This document shows positions 18,401 to 25,917 of a DNA stretch of 64,000 bases, piece by piece. Source of the stretch: Candidatus Hydrogenedentes bacterium ADurb.Bin170 (GTDB taxonomy: Bacteria > Hydrogenedentota > Hydrogenedentia > Hydrogenedentales > CAITNO01); contig MWCY01000010.1 in the NCBI GenBank assembly GCA_002070275.1, positions 9,122 to 73,121 of the forward strand. Direction: 5' to 3'. Under the pieces are notes generated by a model, which saw nothing but the letters and a program-made list of their open reading frames with translations, was not told where the DNA came from and did not search any database. Numbering within the stretch: position 1 is the stretch's first letter; every line of letters begins with the position of its first letter. Both the position numbers and the translations under genes were made by a program.

Positions 18401-20390
18401 ATTAAATGATGAATTTAAAAAGAAAGAAGAGCTCATTCACCGAAGAATCGAACAACTGGCTTCTTCCTATGCCTGGTCTTATTGCTGTGAAAATCTAAAA
18501 GAAAAGCATAGAAAGCACATGATCTCATGGCAAGGAGCGATGAAAAAACTCGGCAAAGGGACTGGAAAAAATGCTCCTATACACAGACGTGCTGCGCAGG
18601 AACATCTGGATCAATGCCGTGCCGCCATTCCTTCCTGGATTATGCCTCTTGATCGTGTCTGGGATACTATCGCTCCTGAGGCAGCTATGTTTGATGTGGT
18701 GATTATCGACGAAGCCTCTCAATGCGGCTTAGATGCTTTGCCGTTGCTTTATTTGGGTAAAAAAATATTGATTGTTGGGGATGATAAACAAATTAGCCCT
18801 TACAGTGTAGGGGTCAACGAACCAGACGTGCAGTCTTTGATGCAACTTCACCTTAAAGATTTTGCGCATCGCGATTCTTTTCGCATTGACAGCAGTTTAT
18901 TTGACCATGGCAATAGACTTTATCCAAATCGAATATCACTGCGTGAACATTTTCGCTGTATGCCTGAAATTATTGAATTCAGCAATCAGTTGTGTTACCA
19001 GAGTTCTTCTCTCATTCCTTTAAGGCAATACGGGGCAGATCGTCTGGTACCTTTGAAATCGGTCTATGTTAATGATGGTTTACGAGAGGGACGCGATGCC
19101 GGTGTTTACAATGAGAATGAAGCTCAAGCCGTGGCTGATTGTATCAAAGAGATGTGTCGTGACGATAAGTACAAAGGGAAGACCATGGGGGTTATCGTTT
19201 TACAGGGTCAGGCCCAGGGTCAGTTAATACAGGATAAGCTATTTAAAATGCTGGGTGCCGAAGAGATAGAACGGCGAAAATTGCTCTGCGGAAATCCTTA
19301 CAGTTTCCAGGGCGATGAACGGGATATAATCTTTCTCTCCCTTGTTGCGGCTCGTAATCAAACAATTGGTTCTCTTACCACAGAAGTATATATCCGAAGT
19401 TTTAATGTCGCAGCCAGCCGTGCTAAAGATATGATGCTGCTTTTCCACTCTGTAAAGCCTGAAGACTTAAGCTCTTTAGATCTTCGACGTAAGTTGCTCG
19501 AGTATTTTTTAAATCCAACAATCCGGTCTGTTGCAGGGATTCAGTTGCACGTACTGGAAAAACAAGCAAAAGATACGAACCGCAGCATTGCTAAAGCACC
19601 GGATCCTTTTGATAGTTGGTTTGAGGTCGATGTGGCCTTGGAACTGCTGCGGAAAAATTACAGTGTTGTCCCGCAGTTCCCTGTGGCCGGAAAGAAAATT
19701 GACCTTGTGGTTCAAGGGGGCAAAGCTGCTCTTGCCGTTGAATGTGACGGAGACCACTGGCATGGTCCGGAAAAATATGAGGAAGATATGGGGCGCCAAA
19801 GAATTCTAGAGCGCTGCGGATGGGAATTTTTCCGAATCAGAGCGTCTCTTTTTTATTTTGATAAAGAACTTGCTCTAGAACGCTTGTGGCCTCTGTTAGA
19901 GGAACGGCAAATTTTCCCTCTGAAAGCTGGTGAAGAGGCAGAGCAATCTGTGGGAAAAAATATGTACTTGGAATCAGGGAGAGCGGAAAAGGAAAAATCT
20001 TCCAAACAGAAAAGCTTATATCCTGAAGAGGTGGACTCGTGCATCAGGGCGGTGTCGGTTACACCTGTCACTAAAAGTGAAAATGATCAGCCTGTAGATG
20101 AGCAAGGCGCTGTTTTTGAGAAAAAGGGTATTTTAAAGATATCGGACATCAGTAAAGAAGATCTGGAATCATGTATTTTGTATATTGGCAAACTGCGACC
20201 CAACAACACGTGTAAACTGGATGACGTTGTGACTCTTGTATTAAAAGAGTTTAGGATCAAAACTTCAGGGGAGCCTAGAAAGAAATTTGACGCACGGGTG
20301 AAAAAAATGGTGAGAAATCTTGAAGAAAGGGGCTTGGTAGAAATATACCATGCAAAAAACAAGAGGGTGCGTTTCCTTTATCCTGTATAA
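15480..20390 (+). CDS. 1636-aa SF1B (Upf1/DNA2-type, AAA_11/AAA_12-like) helicase fused to a C-terminal DUF559/Vsr-type PD-(D/E)xK endonuclease
   Basis: The Walker A is GPPGTGKS (nt 16671-16694). Further helicase motifs are VVIIDEASQ (D at nt 18708), LIVGDDKQISP, HFRCMPEIIEFSN, SFQGDERDIIFLSLV and FNVAASRAKD. The nuclease region is IDLVV..AVECDGDHWHG..RILERCGWEFFRIR. The GAGG SD lies 11 nt upstream. The gene is AT-rich relative to its flanks. Confidence 0.85.
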   Translation: MTKKSENQDQEKVQQLLKYLLEVMKLRSAVIYDLTSYEAVLWISDIPKEKGCSTTLWSASPNNETDICIEIEKQEEPAMPAVPASCENWINSTELQDKTTVPELMPKIIQEQPNPNWTEDSDEEQTVYKTLYLGEHAKIQEDWERYVEGSWKEWREKHNRWEAGFKIYSMLFKIHQDQLRLGEEHELVLGYGLLLWVNPQEKRIYRHLAVANVSLEFDTARAKFSVRTHHEGAKLRAELEMLGQSIDSAEIKKAEMLFSDAGDDLSDHTTIFSAVKGLGEALSAQCRIDESFDRGKEKPSNTPKIIWSPALILRKHSTKGISEALQSMMKKIELDTTLPSGLAALAELDQSNNIEVRQSSDNTASPETSEIFFPLQANTEQFQIIKKLQHSSGLLVQGPPGTGKSHTIANLICHLLATGQKLLITAKKAHALEVLYKKIPKDLRPLNINLLGGGLSERQSLETSVSCIIARKSAWNFEKEQKKIAELREELKKAREEQEKIRKRMEAVRMSETNSDNRLGDGRYRGAAASITRKVTEEKEYFNWFVDKVPLEGLCPLQTEQLSDLLRSFKFLQSLPEEKKKELHQFLPNDLQSVDTCIAFFEEEKKLAEQEMSLEGKVRSDSAHALSLNAKELVQKIVGCCQKIESVSGAIKQAMPWLKKELPNILAGTDNFWPRLLKETEKRDRIPENNRRFVDRCSLDYPGSKSRSLGHDAKKLLEHLKQGKKLKFLGIPHRAIKEQIYITKSVILNGKPCITTEDLQKLIGLLNIKHIYSSIWAQWSGILEAPSSSLENQERILASAYENLKTALHYKQSIDALKKLVPPELSSSLPDWCTPEEVEVFSSSCKMALVQIQKKEVVKKIQIIEAQISKYLLQENVHHLLKDLKASIQERDQLRLTYALEKIGEAQREKSKYASAIEKIDSLKRDLPVFTQSLKATLSEEVWEQRMESLCDAWYWRQAYDWIFEFTKGDSFQELNDEFKKKEELIHRRIEQLASSYAWSYCCENLKEKHRKHMISWQGAMKKLGKGTGKNAPIHRRAAQEHLDQCRAAIPSWIMPLDRVWDTIAPEAAMFDVVIIDEASQCGLDALPLLYLGKKILIVGDDKQISPYSVGVNEPDVQSLMQLHLKDFAHRDSFRIDSSLFDHGNRLYPNRISLREHFRCMPEIIEFSNQLCYQSSSLIPLRQYGADRLVPLKSVYVNDGLREGRDAGVYNENEAQAVADCIKEMCRDDKYKGKTMGVIVLQGQAQGQLIQDKLFKMLGAEEIERRKLLCGNPYSFQGDERDIIFLSLVAARNQTIGSLTTEVYIRSFNVAASRAKDMMLLFHSVKPEDLSSLDLRRKLLEYFLNPTIRSVAGIQLHVLEKQAKDTNRSIAKAPDPFDSWFEVDVALELLRKNYSVVPQFPVAGKKIDLVVQGGKAALAVECDGDHWHGPEKYEEDMGRQRILERCGWEFFRIRASLFYFDKELALERLWPLLEERQIFPLKAGEEAEQSVGKNMYLESGRAEKEKSSKQKSLYPEEVDSCIRAVSVTPVTKSENDQPVDEQGAVFEKKGILKISDISKEDLESCILYIGKLRPNNTCKLDDVVTLVLKEFRIKTSGEPRKKFDARVKKMVRNLEERGLVEIYHAKNKRVRFLYPV

Positions 20391-20636
20391 TTTGTGTTGA
20401 TTAGATGAGGGTTTTACACCACAGTCTTTACCTGTTTTCCTCATTTTCTCTGTCAATCCTAAAAACAGCGGTATCGCCACAATTTTGTTCTTTTGCATCG
20501 CTATTGGTAAGGATAATGCTTTTACTGCACCATATGGCTTTCCCGGAAGATTTTTCTGCCGGGGATATTTATGGTAAAATGAGCAGACGGGGGGTTCACT
20601 TTTGCTGTGAAAGCCAGTGAGAGGTGTATAGTGCCC

Positions 20637-20645
20637 TGTTATACT
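20637..20645 (+). promoter_or_regulatory. Extended -10 element TGTTATACT upstream of rnd
   Basis: It matches the recurring TGnTATACT motif in this window and lies 18 nt before the rnd ATG. Confidence 0.35.
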
Positions 20646-20662
20646 GATCTGCGTCGTGATTT

Positions 20663-21856
20663 ATGGAGCGTTGTGTTTTGGTGTCCTCCGGAAAAGATCC
20701 CTACATACTGATTACAAACCGCCGTTCCTGGGAGCGTTGTCTTAAGGAACTGCAAGAAGCGCCCCGAATCGCCGTTGATCTGGAGGCGAACGGTCTTTAT
20801 GCCTATCGCGAAAAGATCTGCCTGATCCAGATTTCCACGGACAGAAACCATTTTATCGTGGATCCTCTTGCCGGTTTTTCACTGGAAGGGCTGAAACCGA
20901 TTTTTGCCGATGAGTCTGTCGAAAAGGTTTTTCATGCAGTAGACTATGATCTTACGCTTCTTCAGGGGCTATACCGGTGGAAAGTCCGTGGTTTATTCGA
21001 TACGATGCGTGCGGCGGAAATTCTGGGGCACACCAGTATCGGGCTTGCGTCGCTGCTTGGGTCGTTTTATGGTCTTACCCTGAGCAAGAAATACCAGAAA
21101 GCCAACTGGGGTCTCCGCCCGCTTTCCCGTGAACATCTCCTTTATGCCTACAATGATACCTGTCATCTGCTTCGGCTTCGCGATGATCTGGCAACGCATC
21201 TGGTCAGAGAAAACCTGATGGAAGAGGCGCGCGAGGCTTTTGAGCAGGTTTGTCACATGCCACCTGCCATGCGTGTATTTGACCCGGATCACTTCTGGAA
21301 AATACCGGGGGCTCTCCACCTGGACGACCCCCTTCCCGCCGTGCTGAAAGCACTCTTTATCTTTCGTGAATCGGAAGCGCAAAAACAGGATGTGCCCTCC
21401 TTTAAAATTATGTCGAACAAAATGCTTGCGGGCATTATCCAGCAGGTGGGCACCTGGCATAAGACGGGTGTTCGTGAACTGGTGCCGGATGCATGCATTC
21501 CGCTGAAACTGCTGGAGCGGTACAGAGCCGTTCTGATGAAGACCATCCAGGCGGCGCTGTTACATCTGCCGCCCCCACGCATCTCCTGTCAGAGCATCCA
21601 CACCAACGGTTTCTGGCAGCGGCTTGAAAAGCTGAAAGAATGGCGCAAGAATGAGGCAGACGGGCAGGGGGTGCAGTCGAACGTGGTTCTTACCCGAGCG
21701 GCAATGACCGAAATTGCGGAGCGTAACCCTGGTACACTTCAGGCCTTATCCATGCTAAAATTGTTGGGCCCGGTTTGCTGTCGCAAGTATGGTCCGGATA
21801 TTCTCGAGGTGCTCAGATCCGCATCGGAAGAGGCACCTTCGAACAAGCAGACGTAA
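20663..21856 (+). CDS. rnd: Ribonuclease D (DEDDy 3'-5' exonuclease plus HRDC)
   Basis: Exo I is AVDLEANGL, Exo II is FHAVDYDL, and Exo III is YAYNDTCHL. The C-terminus is HRDC-like. Confidence 0.8.
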   Translation: MERCVLVSSGKDPYILITNRRSWERCLKELQEAPRIAVDLEANGLYAYREKICLIQISTDRNHFIVDPLAGFSLEGLKPIFADESVEKVFHAVDYDLTLLQGLYRWKVRGLFDTMRAAEILGHTSIGLASLLGSFYGLTLSKKYQKANWGLRPLSREHLLYAYNDTCHLLRLRDDLATHLVRENLMEEAREAFEQVCHMPPAMRVFDPDHFWKIPGALHLDDPLPAVLKALFIFRESEAQKQDVPSFKIMSNKMLAGIIQQVGTWHKTGVRELVPDACIPLKLLERYRAVLMKTIQAALLHLPPPRISCQSIHTNGFWQRLEKLKEWRKNEADGQGVQSNVVLTRAAMTEIAERNPGTLQALSMLKLLGPVCCRKYGPDILEVLRSASEEAPSNKQT

Positions 21857-21871
21857 AGGAAGAGTATAGAC

Positions 21872-23128
21872 ATGCCCTTTAGAAAGGGAAGCGCTACGAA
21901 CAGAGGCCGTCTTATCAGCCGAATAGCTCTGGTACAGAAGGTGGAGTGGTCGCTTGTAGCGGTGCGCTATCTTGCGTGTATCGCCTGCGGCGCGTATGCT
22001 GTAATGGACAGCGGCCCGGGGATCGTCAGGGCTGTCGCTCTTTTCTGCCTGATTGCCTTGCTGCATAACGGCTTTGTCCACTGGGTGATGTACCGCAAAC
22101 AGTATAAGCTCTTTACATCGCTGTTGAATTTTTTCATCTATCTGGTTTTCTGCTGCGTGCTCATCGGCATGACAGGCGGTTCCGCCAGTTATTTTGCGCC
22201 ATTGCTTCTCTTTGTCATAGTGGGCTATCACATTTACAAGCCGCAGTCGGGCAATACGCTATGGGTTACACTGCTGGTCTGTGCGGCCTATTCCTTTACG
22301 ATTGTGCTGAGCTGGTTTACCACGGGCTTTAACTGGCTGCATCTGCCGGTATATGTGAATCTGGCGTTCATTGCGACCAGTGGCGGTGTTATGGGCGTTC
22401 TTTCGCAGCTGCTTTATGTTCTTGAAAAAGAGACGCAGCACCATGCGGCGGCGCTTGAAAGTTCGGAAGAAACGCTGCGTGCCATTCTGAACCATACCGC
22501 GCATCCGATAGTGGTTTATGATGACAATGAGCTGATTACGGAAGTCAACGACAGTGCCTGTAATTTTTTGAGCATGTCGCGCCTGAATATGATCGGTATG
22601 CGCTTTCAGAGTTTTCTGTTTGATGATGGTTCACTGGGCGAGGCACTTCTGGAACTCAAACAGTCGGGATCCCTTTTTCAGGAAATGCTTATTGTGCCTT
22701 CCCACGGTTCGGAGCGTGCGGTTTTAATGCACATTCATTCTTTTCTCGGAGAAAAGAAACGGTTTTTTGTGGCGCTTTTCCATGATATAACCGAGCAGAA
22801 AGAGTTGAACGAAACGCACCGCATAGCCAAACAGCGGCTGGAAGAGGCCAACCGTGAACTTCACCGTGCGGCGGAAATACGCGATGCCTTCTATACATCC
22901 GTTGCCAACCAGCTGCGCTCCCCTCTTGCCGCCATGCTCGGGTACATAGACATGCTGCTGGAAGAGCACCTCGGCACGATCAATCCCGAACAGCGTGAGG
23001 CTTTGTACAGCTGCCGTCGCAGCCTTCACCGCATCTTTGAGCGGCTGGACGAGGCGTTCATAGCATACCCCGCAGAGAAAACAGACGAAGATGCGGAATT
23101 ATCAGAAGATCTGGGCTCGGGCATCTGA
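21872..23128 (+). CDS. Membrane PAS protein with a degenerate HisKA (DHp) domain and no ATPase domain (pseudo-histidine kinase)
   Basis: About 6 TM helices, a PAS domain (LRAILNHTAHPIVVYD...FHDITEQKE), then FYTSVANQLRSPLAAMLGY. Asn346 (nt 22907-22909) replaces the phospho-His of SHELRTPL. The ORF stops about 70 aa later. Confidence 0.7.
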   Translation: MPFRKGSATNRGRLISRIALVQKVEWSLVAVRYLACIACGAYAVMDSGPGIVRAVALFCLIALLHNGFVHWVMYRKQYKLFTSLLNFFIYLVFCCVLIGMTGGSASYFAPLLLFVIVGYHIYKPQSGNTLWVTLLVCAAYSFTIVLSWFTTGFNWLHLPVYVNLAFIATSGGVMGVLSQLLYVLEKETQHHAAALESSEETLRAILNHTAHPIVVYDDNELITEVNDSACNFLSMSRLNMIGMRFQSFLFDDGSLGEALLELKQSGSLFQEMLIVPSHGSERAVLMHIHSFLGEKKRFFVALFHDITEQKELNETHRIAKQRLEEANRELHRAAEIRDAFYTSVANQLRSPLAAMLGYIDMLLEEHLGTINPEQREALYSCRRSLHRIFERLDEAFIAYPAEKTDEDAELSEDLGSGI

Positions 23129-23232
23129 CGCCCTGTCATCAGGCACACCGCCCGGCGATCCATTTTATTTGCATTGCGTCATCGCAATCACAACAATATA
23201 ACCGTGCGCAAACCCATTGGAGACCTTTCTCT

Positions 23233-25917
23233 TTGCTTTCCAGCTTACTACAGAAATTTTTCGGCACCAGTGCCGACCGCGAAATAAGGAAATTAACGCC
23301 CCTTCTTGAGCAGGTGAACGCCCGGGAACGTATTTACAGTGTCATGGACAATGATACACTGCGTGCCCAGACCGGGGTTTTCCGGGAAAAGTTGAGTCAG
23401 GGCTGCAGTCTGGACGAACTGCTTCCGGATGCCTTTTCTGCTGCCCGGGAAGCGGCAAAACGTGTTGTGGGGCTGCGCCCCTTTGATGTGCAGGTTCTGG
23501 GCGGGATCGTGCTGCATCAGGGCGGCATTGCCGAGATGGTTACCGGCGAGGGCAAGACACTCGTTGCCATTCTTCCCTGCTATTTGAATGCCCTTACCGG
23601 CAAGGGTGTGCATATGGTCACGGTCAACGATTATCTGGCGCGCCGTGACGCTGAATGGATGGGTCCGGTGCATCGTTTTCTCGGGCTGACGGTAGGACTG
23701 ATCCAGCATGACATGGGTACGTATGAGCGTCAGGCAGGGTATCGTGCCGACGTGACCTACGGCACCAATAACGAATACGGCTTTGATTACCTTCGTGATA
23801 ATGGTTCGCAGTGGAAATCCTATTGTGTTCAACGCGAATTGAACTACGCCATTGTGGACGAGGTGGACTCCATTCTCATCGATGAAGCGCGTACGCCTCT
23901 GATCATTTCCGGGAGACCTGAAAAAAGCAGCGACATGTACCTCCGCGTGGATGGTGTTGTGCGGCAGCTTCGCAATGAAATCCATTTCGAAAAAGACGAA
24001 AAACAACGGAGCATAATCCTGACGGATGACGGAATGGTTGCCTGTGAGCGACTGCTCGGCATCGATGATCTTTATACGGATGACAACATCGGCTATATGC
24101 ATCTCATTGAGCAGTCGCTGAAAGCTCATCATTTTTTCAAACGCGATGACGAGTATATGGTGCAGGACGATGAAGTGCTGATTGTGGATGAGTTCACCGG
24201 TCGTGCCATGGAAGGACGCCGCTATTCCGACGGTCTGCATCAGGCGATTGAGGCAAAAGAGGGCGTGCCGCTCCGCTTTGAATCGCAGACTATTGCCTCC
24301 ATTACCTATCAGAATTACTTTCGGCTTTATTCGAAGCTGGCAGGCATGACCGGAACCGCCCTGACTGAGGCACTTGAGTTTGAAAAAACCTACGGGCTTC
24401 GGGTGACTCAGATTCCGACCAATCTGCCCCTGATCCGGGAAGACCTCTCTGACCTGATTTTCGCTTCCGAAGAGGGAAAATTCCGCTATGTGATCAAAGA
24501 GATCTCCCGTATCTTCGACACAGGGCGTCCCATTCTTGTCGGCACGGTATCCATCGAAAAATCAGAGTTGGTGGCAAAGATGCTGACCGAGGCAGGCTTT
24601 GATGATTTTCAGGTGCTCAATGCAAAGCATCATGAACGGGAAGCGGCAATTGTTGCCAACGCCGGCAAGAAAAACGCCATCACCATTGCCACCAACATGG
24701 CAGGGCGCGGCACGGATATCAAACTTGAAGAGGGTGTCCGCGAGCTGGGCGGGCTGTATATCATCGGTACGGAACGGCACGAATCACGCCGGATCGACAA
24801 CCAGCTCCGGGGTCGCTGCGGAAGGCAGGGGGATCCGGGAACCAGCCGTTTTTATGTGAGCCTGGAGGATGAAGTGGCACGTCTTTTCGGCGGTGCCACG
24901 GCAAAGCGCTTCATGGGAAAAAAGGGCGGTGCGGAAATGGATGAAACACCGCTTAATATGCGCATCCTCTCCAGATCCATTGAGTCGGCGCAGCGCAAAG
25001 TGGAAGAATACAACTTCGAGATGCGCAAAGTTCTTCTGGACTATGACCAGGTCATGGACAAACAGCGCAAATACATTTACGGACTGCGCAATGAGGTGCT
25101 GGACGGGAAGGACGTAACCGCCCACCTGCATCGCATGTTTGAAAATATTGTTGCGGATATGCTGGATCTCTATGCGCCTGAAAGCAAATTGCCTGAAGAC
25201 TGGGATATGGAAGGGCTGGAATCGGCACTGCACACGCTGACAGGCAAAACCTTTGATCTGGTAGGCGATCCCAGTGAATCTCTGCAGGATCTTGTGTTTC
25301 GTCAGCTCCTTGAAGAGTACAGGCGTCGGGAGCAATTGCTGGCGGAGGACATCGAAGAGCAGTTCAGGGAGCGGGGAGACGATGCGCTTTCTGTCATCAG
25401 CCCTGCCAAGCTGGCGCGCAAACATTTTCATGATCTGGAGCTCGCCGAACTGCTCCGCGCCATTGATGACAAATGGATCAACCATCTTTATGAGATGGAT
25501 TACCTGCGCGATTCGGTGCGTCTCCGCGCCTTCGGTCAGAAAGATCCTCTGCTGGAATACAAGGAAGAGGGTTTTGAACTGTTTGAAAACCTGATTCAAT
25601 CCATCGAGGAGACGGTCACCCAGAATCTTTTCAGAATCACCGACCCGTCCCGGCGTAAACGGGTGCAGCCCGGCCAGTCCCGGCGCAGTGTCTCCGGGCA
25701 GAGTGAGGCAAAAGCGCGGGAATATCAGTACAGTGGCGCCGACAAAGAATCAGGGCGCAGTTTTTCCGATGTTGCCACCCCGACGGTGCGTCGGGGGGAA
25801 TCAAAGCCTGAGGCGCAGGCCCCTGTCCGTGTTCAGGATAAAACCAAACCCAATGACCCGTGTCCTTGCGGTAGCGGAAAGAAGTTCAAGAAGTGTTGCG
25901 GACGCCAAAACGTCTGA
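23233..25917 (+). CDS. secA: Preprotein translocase ATPase SecA
   Basis: TTG start. MVTGEGKTLVA, VDEVDSILIDEARTPLIISG, and the C-terminal zinc motif CPCGSGKKFKKCCG. Confidence 0.97.
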   Translation: MLSSLLQKFFGTSADREIRKLTPLLEQVNARERIYSVMDNDTLRAQTGVFREKLSQGCSLDELLPDAFSAAREAAKRVVGLRPFDVQVLGGIVLHQGGIAEMVTGEGKTLVAILPCYLNALTGKGVHMVTVNDYLARRDAEWMGPVHRFLGLTVGLIQHDMGTYERQAGYRADVTYGTNNEYGFDYLRDNGSQWKSYCVQRELNYAIVDEVDSILIDEARTPLIISGRPEKSSDMYLRVDGVVRQLRNEIHFEKDEKQRSIILTDDGMVACERLLGIDDLYTDDNIGYMHLIEQSLKAHHFFKRDDEYMVQDDEVLIVDEFTGRAMEGRRYSDGLHQAIEAKEGVPLRFESQTIASITYQNYFRLYSKLAGMTGTALTEALEFEKTYGLRVTQIPTNLPLIREDLSDLIFASEEGKFRYVIKEISRIFDTGRPILVGTVSIEKSELVAKMLTEAGFDDFQVLNAKHHEREAAIVANAGKKNAITIATNMAGRGTDIKLEEGVRELGGLYIIGTERHESRRIDNQLRGRCGRQGDPGTSRFYVSLEDEVARLFGGATAKRFMGKKGGAEMDETPLNMRILSRSIESAQRKVEEYNFEMRKVLLDYDQVMDKQRKYIYGLRNEVLDGKDVTAHLHRMFENIVADMLDLYAPESKLPEDWDMEGLESALHTLTGKTFDLVGDPSESLQDLVFRQLLEEYRRREQLLAEDIEEQFRERGDDALSVISPAKLARKHFHDLELAELLRAIDDKWINHLYEMDYLRDSVRLRAFGQKDPLLEYKEEGFELFENLIQSIEETVTQNLFRITDPSRRKRVQPGQSRRSVSGQSEAKAREYQYSGADKESGRSFSDVATPTVRRGESKPEAQAPVRVQDKTKPNDPCPCGSGKKFKKCCGRQNV

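Noticed and set aside
15130-20660. Integrase, transposase, tRNA attachment site or flanking direct repeats for the low-GC block
   Set aside because: I found none. The only near matches between the borders (GATATGGTATA on the left, GATATTTATGGTAAA on the right) are too weak to call att sites. The small ORFs 14977-15189 (-) and 20405-20620 (+) have no SD or motifs and look non-coding.
23129-23232. Remnant of a lost HATPase_c domain downstream of the pseudo-kinase, which would make it a pseudogene
   Set aside because: The gap to secA is only 104 nt and has no N, G1 or G2-box-like coding potential in any frame. The gene therefore looks intact but DHp-only.
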